A stretch of DNA of 54,023 nt from a virus. Its lineage: Duplodnaviria; Caudoviricetes. The DNA lies in the IMG/VR virus record IMGVR_UViG_3300037478_000666, positions 1 through 54,023 of that record. The stretch is one strand, 5' to 3'. Positions within the stretch are counted from its first letter, which is position 1; each line of letters starts with the position of its first letter. The notes beneath the pieces were generated by a model that did not search any database, was not told the origin of the DNA, and saw nothing but the letters and a program-made list of their open reading frames with translations. Shown one piece after another: positions 9,101 to 19,067 of the stretch. A program made the position numbers and the translations under genes.

Positions 9101-9988
9101 GTGGCGGAGATCGGGTTCGAGCGTGCGTTCGCTGCTGCGGGGGGAGAGCGCCGGCGCGAGTCGGTGCCCTACCCCCTCACGCACGCTCGTATCCGTGACA
9201 TGGCAGTGCTTCGGGAACGGATCCTCCGACTCCAGTTCGAGGAGGGCGAGTTCAGCGACGCGGACGAGTCTGTCCTGCGCTCCCTGTCTCTGGACGATCC
9301 GGATCAGTGCTTCATCCGCTGGCGCCACCTCGTCGGAATGTGGCACGTCTGGGAGCATGGCCTCACTCGCGCCGACGCACAGAAGGAAGTCACCGCCCAT
9401 CTCCTGATCTCCCGCGAGCCGGTGCCCGTTCGGATCGCCGGCCGCGTCGTACTCGCGACGTCCCGGTCCCGCGCGGCGATGATCGCGCTCGCGCGGCACG
9501 AACGTCGGCGAAATCAGCTCGGCCAGGACCTCGATCGCATCGAAGCAATGCTCACTCGCCGGATGCCGCGGCGCCGACGTCGCGCGCTCGTTCGGCTGTC
9601 CGAGGCAATTGGCGTGGAGTGGGAATATCAGCTCCGCGGCGTGCTCGCGAACGCTCTGTCGGAGTCCGGCCGCGCCGCGGTCCCCGAAGAGGCACCAGAG
9701 TGGTGGGGCGAGGTCACGGCGGCCGACGAGGGTCGGTTGCTGCTCGCGCTGCTCGAGGCGGGCCCGGGCCGCTACGACCGTCTCGGCAAGCAGCCGGAGC
9801 CGAAGAGACAGGGCCGCGATCATCAGGCTGAGTTCGGGTTCGAGTCGCTGCTCGCCGCGTGGGAGCCGAAACTCGGACTCCCGCCCGCCACGCTTCAGAA
9901 CCACGACCTCGCCCAGTTCCTCACGCTGATCCGTGCCGGTGCCGTGAAGGGGGCCGAGGCGAAGGAGCTGGAGGATGCGTTCGGATGA
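9101..9988 (+). CDS. Hypothetical protein, possible tail assembly chaperone
   Basis: Position between tail tube and tape measure; helical. Confidence 0.45.
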   Translation: MAEIGFERAFAAAGGERRRESVPYPLTHARIRDMAVLRERILRLQFEEGEFSDADESVLRSLSLDDPDQCFIRWRHLVGMWHVWEHGLTRADAQKEVTAHLLISREPVPVRIAGRVVLATSRSRAAMIALARHERRRNQLGQDLDRIEAMLTRRMPRRRRRALVRLSEAIGVEWEYQLRGVLANALSESGRAAVPEEAPEWWGEVTAADEGRLLLALLEAGPGRYDRLGKQPEPKRQGRDHQAEFGFESLLAAWEPKLGLPPATLQNHDLAQFLTLIRAGAVKGAEAKELEDAFG

Positions 9989-10209
9989 GCGTCCGCCTCG
10001 AGGAGCGCCGCTTCGCCGCGCAGGCCGCAGCACTCGGTCTTGAGCCGGACCGGTTGAGCGCAATCACGCTCGTCGCGTTCGTGACGTGGTCGATTCGGTG
10101 GCCGTGGCGTTGGCTGCCCGGCCGCGCGCAGCGCTGGATCTTCGGTCGACTCGGTCAGGGCGCGGTCCGCACCGAGATCGAGCGTGAGATAGAGGCGGGC
10201 GATGGCTGA
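9985..10209 (+). CDS. Small hypothetical protein
   Basis: ATGA-coupled start at 9985; 74 aa. Confidence 0.5.
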   Translation: MSVRLEERRFAAQAAALGLEPDRLSAITLVAFVTWSIRWPWRWLPGRAQRWIFGRLGQGAVRTEIEREIEAGDG

Positions 10210-10606
10210 GCGGGCATCGTTCGAGATCGATATCGCCGGCATGACGCGGCTCGTAGCATCGCAGCTCGCCCCGATCATCGGGATCGGCGCCGCCATCGTC
10301 GATGAGGAAGTCAGCGCCCGGATCCAGCTGCAGCCCGAAGCATCGGAGCCAGGAGAGTTCCCCGCTTCGCCGACCGGCAAGTATCACCGCAGCTGGCAGC
10401 ACACGCCGGCCGTCGTCTATGACGATGCTGTCGTCGCCTACGCGTTCAGCCCCGCGGAACACTCCGACGGCTTCCCGCTCGCGCTCGCGCTGGACGAAGG
10501 CCGCGACGATATCGCGCCCCGGCCACATCTCGACGCCGCCGTGGAAGCTGCGCGCGGTCGCATCGACGCGCTCGTCAAGCGCACCGAAGGCGAGCTGGGG
10601 GAGTAG
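10202..10606 (+). CDS. HK97 gp10-like tail completion / neck protein
   Basis: SEPGEFPASPTGKYHRS and ALALDEGRDDIAPRPHL match the gp10-like pattern (PG.PP..TG.L..S; LE.GT..m.PRP). Confidence 0.7.
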   Translation: MAERASFEIDIAGMTRLVASQLAPIIGIGAAIVDEEVSARIQLQPEASEPGEFPASPTGKYHRSWQHTPAVVYDDAVVAYAFSPAEHSDGFPLALALDEGRDDIAPRPHLDAAVEAARGRIDALVKRTEGELGE

Positions 10607-13600
10607 ATGGCACGCTCCCGCGGCTTCCGCATCCCGGTACGAGCCCCGCTCGAGGCCTTCCAGCGCGACCTCCGCGATATGAAGGAGATCGGCCGTCGCG
10701 CTGCGACCGAAACTGCCGACGCGATCCTGAAGGAGATGAAGGAGGAGCTGCGCAAGCGGCAGGGCGCACTCAAGGAGGCGTTGGCCAAGGGTATTATCGA
10801 CAAGAATCAGGCCCGCCAGATTTCCCGCGACTTCAGTAGGGAGTTCAACGCCGGCATCCTCGAAGCGCTGAAGCAGATGAGGAAGGCCGGAAAGGACAAC
10901 ACCGAGGAGTTCACAAAGCTTCAGCGGTCGCTGCGGAACGTGGCGGAAACCGGCACCCGCACCGGCAAGGACATCAAGCGCGGATTCATCGACAACCTGG
11001 CTAACCTGCCGAGTCTGATTCGTGGCGGCATCGCGTTCGGCATTGTCGGCGCGTTCACGTTCATCGCAGACAAGGTCGGCGCGGTGTTCTCGCGCATGGC
11101 GCAAGGCATCCGTCAGACCCTGGAGCGCGGCGGCGCCGTTCAGATCGCGCGCCAGTCATTTGGCGAACTTTCGATCAGCAGTGGGCTGGACCCGACCAGG
11201 ACACTCGAAGCACTTCGACGGGCCGCGCGCTCGACGGCGTCGGACCTCGATCTCATGGCCAGCGCGAACTCCGCGCTCCAGTCGGGCCTGCCCGCGACGT
11301 CCGAACAGCTTGGCCAACTCGCAGAAGGCGCCCGCCGGCTGGGCCGCGCTCTCGGCAGGGACGCCAGCGAGTCCTTCGAACTCCTGATCGAGGCGATCGC
11401 GAAGGGCCGGCGCGGGCTCCTCGCCGAACTCGGCATCGTCATCAATTTCAACGAGGAGTACGAGAAGTACGCGCGAAACGTGCTGGGCGTCACGCGCGAA
11501 CTGACCGAAAACGAGAAGGTCGCGGCGCGGCTGGCTGCCGTGCTCGACGGGCTGGGATCCAGGACCGCACGGCTTGGCGAGGACACACTCACGGCTGGCG
11601 ACCGGATGCAGCAGTTCGCTGCGTTCGTCGAGAACGCGCGTAACGCCATGGCCGAAGCGATCGTCGAGTCCCCGAAGCTCGCGGAACTGTTCGAGCGGAT
11701 CGGCGTTGGCGCGGAAAACTCGACCGTATTGATCGAAAACCTGGCGGACCACGTCGGTGCGCTCGTTGACCTGATGATCGACCGCGCAAACCGGATTGCC
11801 ACGCATCCGGTTGCAAAGTTCCTGTTCGGTTTCGCCAAGTTCCAGACGAAGGGCACGCTCGGCATTCTCGGGTTGAGCGTCGAGGGCGCGGGCTTCGAGG
11901 AGTTCCTCGAGCAGCGCCGGGCTGCCAGGGCGGCCGAGCAGGACTTGGCGGGATCGCGTGCCGAGATTTCCAAGCTCGTGCTCGAACTCGAAACGCTGGC
12001 CGCTCGCGGTGACCGGGCCGCAATGACGGCGCTCCAGCAAATCGCCGACTCGCAGAAGGAAGGTGCTGCTGCTGCCGCCGCCGCGATCGGACGGCTCGGA
12101 CGCGCGTCAGACGAGGAGTCCGGCGATCCCGAGAAGGCTGCCCGCGAAGCCGCGCGCATCGCCGCCGAGCGTGCTCGGTTGCAGGAACAGCTCGCCCGCG
12201 AGCTCGCTCAGCTTACCCGCTCGGCCGTCGACGAATCGCTGCTCCAGCTCGACAAGCTGGAACGCGAGTGGATTGCCGCGTTCGGCCGAATCGACGATGA
12301 CACCGCTGCGAAGTTCGCCAGCATCCGCGAATCCATCGAGGCCGAGGGCCGCGCGATGGAGATCGAGGACCAGATCCGCGCCTACGGCGAAGCACACATC
12401 GAGGCCGCCGAGGACGTCGTTCCGCTGCTGAACGGACTGCGCGCGCTGATCGATGGCATTGAAGCCGAGGCTGACATGCTGCCGGAGGCCAGCAAGGCCC
12501 GCGAACGGTACGTGAAGCTGCTGCAGATGGCCGAAAAGGCGATGCTGGATCTGGCGAAGGCCGCTGAGGACGAAGGCAAGAAACAGACGGATGCAGCCAA
12601 GGAAGCGGAGCGTGCGGCAGAAGAGCGCTTGCGTCAGATCCGCGATGAGGCCCGCCAGCTCGAAGAATACGCCCGGTCTGCGATCCAGGTAGCCGAAGCA
12701 CTCGGCCTGATCGACAGCGAGGCGGCAAAGACACTCGAGTCCATTGCGCAGCTCGGCGCCGCAATCGCCCGAGTCGCCGGCGGCGATATCTCCGCGATCC
12801 CGTCGCTCATAGGAGCGGGTGCGTCGCTACTCAGCAATTTCTTCGGCGGTGATGACGAACGCAAAGAAGCGATCCAAAATAACACCGAGGCAATTGATCG
12901 GCTGCGACTGGAGTTCGAGGGGTTTCAGCTTTCGGGCGGACTTCTTACAGGCGCCCAGCGCGCCATTGAGGAGATCCGCGACACGGGCGTGATCGACGAC
13001 CTCATTTCGGGTGAGAAGGGGCTGAAAAGTCGGACCCGTCCGGCCGGGCGTCGTGCTGTCGAAGCGTTCGCACGCCAGGGCATCTCGTTCGCCGAACTGA
13101 AGGCGCTTGCGGAAGACCTCGGCATCGAGTTGTTCGACAAAGAGGGGTTCATCACCTCCGAAGGGTTGGAGGCACTGGGCGAGGCACTCGGAATCGCCAC
13201 GGACGCCGTCGTGGGCTTTGGCAACTCGTTGGACGAGCAGCGCGCCGCGCGCGAGTTCGAACGCGAGGTCTTCGACGAGACGGCGTCCGCGGCTGAGCGC
13301 GCGCAGGATGAGCTGAACCTTCTCGCGAAGAACGCTCCTGACCTGTTCCGCAAGTTCTTCGCCGGCATCGATCCGTCCACCGCCGAAGGCCGGGCGGAAC
13401 TCGAAGCCCGAACGCGTGAAGTCGCGCGGTTGATTCTGACCGCCGAGCTGGATCCGGCGTTGCTGGGCGACCTGACCGGCGAGCAGCTCCGAGAGCTGAT
13501 CCTCGGTATCGACGCGGCCCTCGACGAGATCAGCGAGGAAACAGGCGAGGGCGGCGCGACGGCCGGCTTCCAGGTCCAGCGCGTCATCACCGAAGCGTCT

Positions 13601-13951
13601 GCAAACATCGTCGTCGCGCAACTCTCCTCGATCGAACTCAACACGCGCAGGACGTACGAAGGCATCTACGGCCTGCTCACGGCTGCGGGCGGCACGATCC
13701 CGACGAACCTGCCTGTCCCGGCCGCTCCGACCACCACGAGCGCGCAGTCGGCCGGCATCTCCATCGGCAAGCTCGAAGTCTACGTGTCCGGCACGCAGAT
13801 CCCGCCGCTGACGACGCCCGGTGCGCAGCAGGAACTCGGAGAGAACGTTGCTGTCGGGTTCCGGCGCGGGCTGGCTGAAGAGCAGACCGACCACCAGATG
13901 GGCAACCGGACGGTCAACTACCGTCGCGCTGTCGGGAAGCTCCGCGGATGA
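10607..13951 (+). CDS. Tail tape measure protein
   Basis: 1114 aa, Ala/Glu-rich helical; LRRAARSTASDLDLM and LLAELGIVI; directly before Dit. Confidence 0.9.
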   Translation: MARSRGFRIPVRAPLEAFQRDLRDMKEIGRRAATETADAILKEMKEELRKRQGALKEALAKGIIDKNQARQISRDFSREFNAGILEALKQMRKAGKDNTEEFTKLQRSLRNVAETGTRTGKDIKRGFIDNLANLPSLIRGGIAFGIVGAFTFIADKVGAVFSRMAQGIRQTLERGGAVQIARQSFGELSISSGLDPTRTLEALRRAARSTASDLDLMASANSALQSGLPATSEQLGQLAEGARRLGRALGRDASESFELLIEAIAKGRRGLLAELGIVINFNEEYEKYARNVLGVTRELTENEKVAARLAAVLDGLGSRTARLGEDTLTAGDRMQQFAAFVENARNAMAEAIVESPKLAELFERIGVGAENSTVLIENLADHVGALVDLMIDRANRIATHPVAKFLFGFAKFQTKGTLGILGLSVEGAGFEEFLEQRRAARAAEQDLAGSRAEISKLVLELETLAARGDRAAMTALQQIADSQKEGAAAAAAAIGRLGRASDEESGDPEKAAREAARIAAERARLQEQLARELAQLTRSAVDESLLQLDKLEREWIAAFGRIDDDTAAKFASIRESIEAEGRAMEIEDQIRAYGEAHIEAAEDVVPLLNGLRALIDGIEAEADMLPEASKARERYVKLLQMAEKAMLDLAKAAEDEGKKQTDAAKEAERAAEERLRQIRDEARQLEEYARSAIQVAEALGLIDSEAAKTLESIAQLGAAIARVAGGDISAIPSLIGAGASLLSNFFGGDDERKEAIQNNTEAIDRLRLEFEGFQLSGGLLTGAQRAIEEIRDTGVIDDLISGEKGLKSRTRPAGRRAVEAFARQGISFAELKALAEDLGIELFDKEGFITSEGLEALGEALGIATDAVVGFGNSLDEQRAAREFEREVFDETASAAERAQDELNLLAKNAPDLFRKFFAGIDPSTAEGRAELEARTREVARLILTAELDPALLGDLTGEQLRELILGIDAALDEISEETGEGGATAGFQVQRVITEASANIVVAQLSSIELNTRRTYEGIYGLLTAAGGTIPTNLPVPAAPTTTSAQSAGISIGKLEVYVSGTQIPPLTTPGAQQELGENVAVGFRRGLAEEQTDHQMGNRTVNYRRAVGKLRG

Positions 13952-14757
13952 GCCTCGTTCACACGATCGACGGGACCGATGTCAGCAGTTTCGGGCTGCG
14001 GATCGCGGACGCGCCGGGCACGCGGGCTGGGCTGCTTCGTGACCACGCATTGGCGTACATGCCTGGTCGTGATGGCGCGCTGTACATGGGCGCGGACGCG
14101 CAGGGTCAGGCTCGCGAACGCAGGATCGTACTCGCCAGCGACCTGAACGTCGCCCACGGCAGCACGGCGCACACGACGCTGCTGACGCAGCTGGACGAAC
14201 TGAAGTGGCGCATTGCCCGGCGGGATGTGCAGATCGTTTTCGGCGACCAGGACACTCGCTACTACACCGGCCGGATCGAGCGGCCGGACGCCAACCATCT
14301 CGCGCCGGTTCATACGCAGCGCATTGTCCTGCTGCCGCTGACGTTCCTCTGCGGCGACCCGTTGGCCTACGCCGTCACGCAGACGACGGTCACGTTCACG
14401 AGCGCCGCCGCGCAGTGCCCGCTCTGGACGGGGCTCGTCTATCCGCTGATCAATGTCGTCGGTCCGGTCGGTCCTGACTTTGACATCATCTATCGGGACT
14501 CAAGCGGCACGGAGCAGGGCCGTACCCAGATCACCGGCAGTGTGCCTTCCGGCCAGACGCTCGCGATCGACAGCTACAACCAGCTCATCACGCTGGATGG
14601 CGCAGACGCGGCCGACATGCTGATTGACTCGACGACGTCGGACTTCATCACGCTGGACCCCCAGCACGGCACCACGGTGGCGGGTGCGTTTCCGACGCTG
14701 GAGATCACGAAGACGCCGAATAGCGCGCAGGCGATCTACAGGCGGGCGGCTGAGTAG
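13948..14757 (+). CDS. Distal tail protein (Dit-like)
   Basis: MPGRDGA, FGDQDTRYYTG, LTFLCGDPLAY motifs of siphophage tail components. Confidence 0.8.
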   Translation: MSLVHTIDGTDVSSFGLRIADAPGTRAGLLRDHALAYMPGRDGALYMGADAQGQARERRIVLASDLNVAHGSTAHTTLLTQLDELKWRIARRDVQIVFGDQDTRYYTGRIERPDANHLAPVHTQRIVLLPLTFLCGDPLAYAVTQTTVTFTSAAAQCPLWTGLVYPLINVVGPVGPDFDIIYRDSSGTEQGRTQITGSVPSGQTLAIDSYNQLITLDGADAADMLIDSTTSDFITLDPQHGTTVAGAFPTLEITKTPNSAQAIYRRAAE

Positions 14758-17700
14758 TGGCGTACGACGCTGAAGTGGCGGCCGACAGCCCCTGGGGATA
14801 CTGGAAGTGCGAAGAAGTGTCGGGCTTGCCGCAGGACGCATCGGGCAATGCCCGTCACGCCACGACGTTCGATTTCTTCGCCGGTGGTTCCCCCGCTCAG
14901 TACGGCCAGCCGACAGTCCTTCTCAGCGAACTTAACGGGACGTCCATAAAGGGTGATTTCGCCCGCATCTTCTTTCCGTCGCTGAACCTGAACAATGCAG
15001 ACTTTGCGCTGGAGTGCTGGCTCAAGGTCGACACGCTCGCGGCGCGCTGTCATCTCTGGATCAATGGCGAAACCAAGTTTACTCACTGGTTTCTGGAAGC
15101 GTACATCACGAGCGCAGGCGCTATCGTTCTCGATTACACGAACGACGCGCTCACAACCGCCGATGGCCTGATTGAGGTTGGCGGCTACTACCATATCGTC
15201 TTCCGCCGCATCCACGCCTCGGACCTGTCCAGCATCTGGCTCGATGGCGTCAAGGTGGCCGAGAACAATGCTGGGCCTCTGACCGGCTCGAGTAACGCGC
15301 TGTTCTTCGGTGGGCTAACCGGGTACGGCGACGGCATGAGCCAGTTTTTCGGACGGCTCGCCGCGTACCAGAGTGCCCTTTCCGACGCGCGCATCGAAGC
15401 GCACTTCGACGCCGGCACGGGTTCGCCGCCAGTGGAATACAACTGGTCGGTCGCCGCGGCATCGGACACGGAAGCCGCGTTCAGCGTCGAACAGGATGCG
15501 GCGATCCTCGAGATACGCTACCAGATCACGACACCGGCCGATACGGCGTTCACGAGTCCGGTCTATGACCAGTCGGACGCGGGCGCGAGCCGCTACCTGC
15601 ACACGGCTGGCGGGCTAACTGCATCGACCGCATACCTGGCGCGCATCACCGTCCGGACGGCGGCAGGCTGGCAGCCGGCACAGATCGCAAAGTCGTTCAC
15701 GACGTTGCCGGTACCGCCGCCAGCCGGCGCGCCGTACCTGTCCATCGGCCAACGGTTCATCACGCCGGAGTTCGGTGAGTCCATCAGCGGCGCTTCGTAT
15801 CAGCTACAGATCCAGCCGGTCGGTGCACCGGCGAACTGGTATGTGTCAGACGACCGCGGCGCGAACTGGACGCAGCTCGCGAGCCTGACGACGGTCTCGG
15901 CGCTCGCGTTCAACACGACTGCGTACACGGACGGCACGCGGCTGGTCTTCTGGCTCGAGGTACCATCGACCGGCGAGAACGCATACACGGAAGCGATCGT
16001 CGACCAGACGGGCACGCTCGTCGTCTGTGGCGCGCTCACGGAACGGTTCTGGGGTGCCGGCCAGGTTCACAGGGCTGGCTCGTACGTCTATTCGCTGCTG
16101 ACCGGCGGCGCGGCCGTCATGCCGCTCACGGCTCTTTGCCCCTCCGCGAGTGTTCTGGACGATGCCGATGAAGTCGAGGTGACAGCCGTCATCGGTGACT
16201 CGTGGGCGGATGGCGGCGCGTGGTGGCAGCAGCAGTTCGCGGCCGAAGGCTGGGTCGGCGGCATTGTCATCGGCGTGTCCGGGCAGGATGCGTCGGCCAC
16301 GACAACGGGATTCTTCGCAGGTATACGCATACAGAGCGTCATGCCATGCGCTCTGAACGGTGGCTTCGCGATCGGTTACCCCTACGACGGCTCCGGCACG
16401 TCCCAACTTGTCTATGGCTTCGCGAAGAACGCGAGCGCGCACGGTGGCCACTCTGGGGGCGGCACCGACCTCTACATGCGGACGCGCCTGCCGGCGCAGT
16501 GCAACACGCCATTCTTCCGCGGCCTGACCGTCAGACTCACGAAGCCGGACCCGATCGGCACGCCGAACGAGGTGCGGCTGCAAATCGGGCTCGGCCATGG
16601 CGGCAGTGTCGGGCTTGGGACGCAGCACTATGACGGCTCGTGGGATGTCGATGAGACGATCGATCTGGGGTACCCGTTCGACTGCGGGCGATGCGGGATA
16701 GCGTTCGGGCGCGTCAACCAGGCGACGGCCGGCGATGGCGCGATCGCGGCGCGGGCGGCCTGTGTTCGGGTGCTGTCGTCCTCGACCTGTAGCCCCGGCC
16801 CGGGTGGCATCCCGATCCCGACTGTCATCCCGACCGCCGACACCGTCGTCTGCGACGAGGTCACGCTCGACATCACGCCACCGGGCGGCACGTACGGACC
16901 CGGGCACTCGACGACACGCTGGGAGATCGCCTCCGCGTCCGATCCGTACTTTGCCAGCCCGGTGCTCGACACGGGCCATCAGGCCGCCGACCTGCTGACG
17001 TTCGGCCCGCATGCACTCCCGCCCGGTGACTACATCTGGCGGGCCACGATCACCGTCGACGGTTCTCCAACTACGAGCGCCGAGGACAGCTTCACGATCG
17101 ATGAAAACAGTCCACCGACAGCGCCGGTCTGGGTGCAGCCGTTCGCCGGCCAGGTGTTCAGCGCGCCGGCCACGATCACGCTGAACTTCAGCGCCGCGAC
17201 GGACCCGGACTCTGACCCGTTGACGTACGAGGTCTACTACAGTGCCGACGGCGGCGCGACACTGGTTGAGATCTTCGCGCTCGGGACTATCCAGCCGGAC
17301 ACGGACACTCCGTGGAGCATGGCCGGCATCCCGGCTGGCGAGCTGATCCTCTATGTCCGCGCCTTTGACGGCTGCGAGTACGGTCCGTTCGATACAGTCT
17401 GCATCGAGATTATCCCCGGACCCTGCCCGAGGGATCCGATCCATGTCACCTGGGCACGGCGTGCCGAGATCTGGGCAGATGTCGAAGGCAATGGCGCCTC
17501 CCGTCAGGCGTTCGTGCCGCAGTTCATCGACGTCAGCGATCACGAGGAACTGGAAGGCGAAGAGCGGGCGGAGCTTCTGTTTCCGCGAGCGACCGGCGCG
17601 ATAACGGCGGCCAAGGTATGGACGTACCTGCGCGCACGGAAGGTGCTGCGCATCCACTGGGCGGACCTGACGTACACGGAGTACCGGGTCGCCCGGCTTA

Positions 17701-19067
17701 CGGATTCGCGCGGCGACCGGAACGCTTTACTGACGCGGCTCGAGCTGGATGCGATCTGGTACGACCTCGGAACACGCGTGCTCAAGCGGATCGAAGCGAA
17801 CGGGCTGGTCTACTTCGACTTCCCGCTCGTTCTGACGCCGGCGCAGCACATCGACTTCATTCTCGGCCAGTCGCCCCGTTACTTCGTGGCCGGCAGGAAC
17901 CACGCAGCGACGGACCCTGTGACCATCGAGTACTCTTGGGACACGGCGCTGTCGGGGCTGCTGAAGCTGGCCGAAGCGACAGGCATGGAACTCGACTTCC
18001 CGCGTGCCTGCGACTTGTACCGCATCGACCTGATCACAGCGGTCGGTGCGGATTCCGCCCTTGTGTGTTCGTTCACGGCGGACCAGAGCGGATTGACGGT
18101 CACATTCACGGACACCTCGACGCCGGCATCCGAGATACTGGAATGGGAATGGGACTTCGGTGATTCAACTTCCGGCTCGACCGAGCAGAACCCGACGCAC
18201 GTCTATGCGGGGGACGGGACGTACACGGTCAGCCTGACGGTCACGGATTACGACGGAGCAACCTGCACGACGACGCAGCAGATCACAGTGGGCGCGAGTG
18301 CGAGCGCATCGCCTTCGGCCAGTTCGTCGCCGAGTCCGTCCCCCGGACCTTCGCCTTCGCCCTCTCCATCGCCGAGCCCCAGTCCGTCGTTCCACCCGTC
18401 GGACATCGGCGGCCTGCTCCTGCTCTGCGAGGTCGAATCCCTCGAGGCCACGCACGCCGACACCGACCCCATCGCGCAGTGGGATGATGAGTCCGGCGAA
18501 GATAACCACCTCGTGCAGGGCACTGTGGGACTCAGGCCCACGTTCGAGGAGGCTGTCGTGAATGGATGGCCGGGTGTCCGGTTCACCACGGACATTCGCA
18601 GGCTCGAAGTCGCCAACTTCTTCGGCGCAGCGGCCGAAATCTTCATTGTGCTCCGAAACGACAACTGCCCGGCGGCGGTCGGCAGCGGAAACAATAACGC
18701 CTCCTGGCACCTGGGGACCGGGGCGGTGTCGGTGTACTGCTGGACGGACGGCAACATCTACGAAAATTTCGGCACTAACGACCGCTACACGTACGCGAGT
18801 TCAGGCGACCTGACCGACGTCCACATCTTCGGTAGCTCGGCGGAATCCGGTGCGAAAACGCAGTACATGGATGGCACCCAGGTCGCGCAGCGATTGACCA
18901 ACACAGTCGCCTGGCCGGCGACGCTGCTCTTCGGCGGCGATGGCGGCGGCGCGAATTACTTCCCCTCGGACTGGTGCGCGGCCGTGGCTTACGATCACGT
19001 CCTGAGCACCGATGACCGGGCGGCTGTTGTCAGCTACCTCAGCAAGTACCAGAGCGCCCGCCCATGA
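14757..19067 (+). CDS. Multidomain tail tip protein: LamG/ConA-like, FN3-like, N-half of Tal/hub domain, PKD, Ser-Pro linker, C-terminal lectin-like domain
   Basis: YDAEVAADSPWGYWK and FALECWLK (LamG); AATDPDSDPLTYEVYYS (FN3-like); WEWDFGD..QNPTHVY..GTYTVSLTV (PKD); WDDESGEDNHLVQ..VNGWPGVRF. Confidence 0.85.
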   Translation: MAYDAEVAADSPWGYWKCEEVSGLPQDASGNARHATTFDFFAGGSPAQYGQPTVLLSELNGTSIKGDFARIFFPSLNLNNADFALECWLKVDTLAARCHLWINGETKFTHWFLEAYITSAGAIVLDYTNDALTTADGLIEVGGYYHIVFRRIHASDLSSIWLDGVKVAENNAGPLTGSSNALFFGGLTGYGDGMSQFFGRLAAYQSALSDARIEAHFDAGTGSPPVEYNWSVAAASDTEAAFSVEQDAAILEIRYQITTPADTAFTSPVYDQSDAGASRYLHTAGGLTASTAYLARITVRTAAGWQPAQIAKSFTTLPVPPPAGAPYLSIGQRFITPEFGESISGASYQLQIQPVGAPANWYVSDDRGANWTQLASLTTVSALAFNTTAYTDGTRLVFWLEVPSTGENAYTEAIVDQTGTLVVCGALTERFWGAGQVHRAGSYVYSLLTGGAAVMPLTALCPSASVLDDADEVEVTAVIGDSWADGGAWWQQQFAAEGWVGGIVIGVSGQDASATTTGFFAGIRIQSVMPCALNGGFAIGYPYDGSGTSQLVYGFAKNASAHGGHSGGGTDLYMRTRLPAQCNTPFFRGLTVRLTKPDPIGTPNEVRLQIGLGHGGSVGLGTQHYDGSWDVDETIDLGYPFDCGRCGIAFGRVNQATAGDGAIAARAACVRVLSSSTCSPGPGGIPIPTVIPTADTVVCDEVTLDITPPGGTYGPGHSTTRWEIASASDPYFASPVLDTGHQAADLLTFGPHALPPGDYIWRATITVDGSPTTSAEDSFTIDENSPPTAPVWVQPFAGQVFSAPATITLNFSAATDPDSDPLTYEVYYSADGGATLVEIFALGTIQPDTDTPWSMAGIPAGELILYVRAFDGCEYGPFDTVCIEIIPGPCPRDPIHVTWARRAEIWADVEGNGASRQAFVPQFIDVSDHEELEGEERAELLFPRATGAITAAKVWTYLRARKVLRIHWADLTYTEYRVARLTDSRGDRNALLTRLELDAIWYDLGTRVLKRIEANGLVYFDFPLVLTPAQHIDFILGQSPRYFVAGRNHAATDPVTIEYSWDTALSGLLKLAEATGMELDFPRACDLYRIDLITAVGADSALVCSFTADQSGLTVTFTDTSTPASEILEWEWDFGDSTSGSTEQNPTHVYAGDGTYTVSLTVTDYDGATCTTTQQITVGASASASPSASSSPSPSPGPSPSPSPSPSPSPSFHPSDIGGLLLLCEVESLEATHADTDPIAQWDDESGEDNHLVQGTVGLRPTFEEAVVNGWPGVRFTTDIRRLEVANFFGAAAEIFIVLRNDNCPAAVGSGNNNASWHLGTGAVSVYCWTDGNIYENFGTNDRYTYASSGDLTDVHIFGSSAESGAKTQYMDGTQVAQRLTNTVAWPATLLFGGDGGGANYFPSDWCAAVAYDHVLSTDDRAAVVSYLSKYQSARP
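18291..18389 (+). repeat. Ser-Pro low-complexity linker (GASASASPSASSSPSPSPGPSPSPSPSPSPSPS)
   Basis: Peptide repeat written with mixed Ser and Pro codons. Confidence 0.85.

Noticed and set aside
9101-10209. Programmed frameshift between tail chaperone genes
   Set aside because: No convincing slippery heptamer was seen; the genes are joined by an ordinary ATGA overlap.
18055-19063. CCGCCC at both ends of the PKD-lectin insert as a target-site duplication
   Set aside because: A GC-only hexamer is expected by chance, and excision between the copies would not restore the frame.
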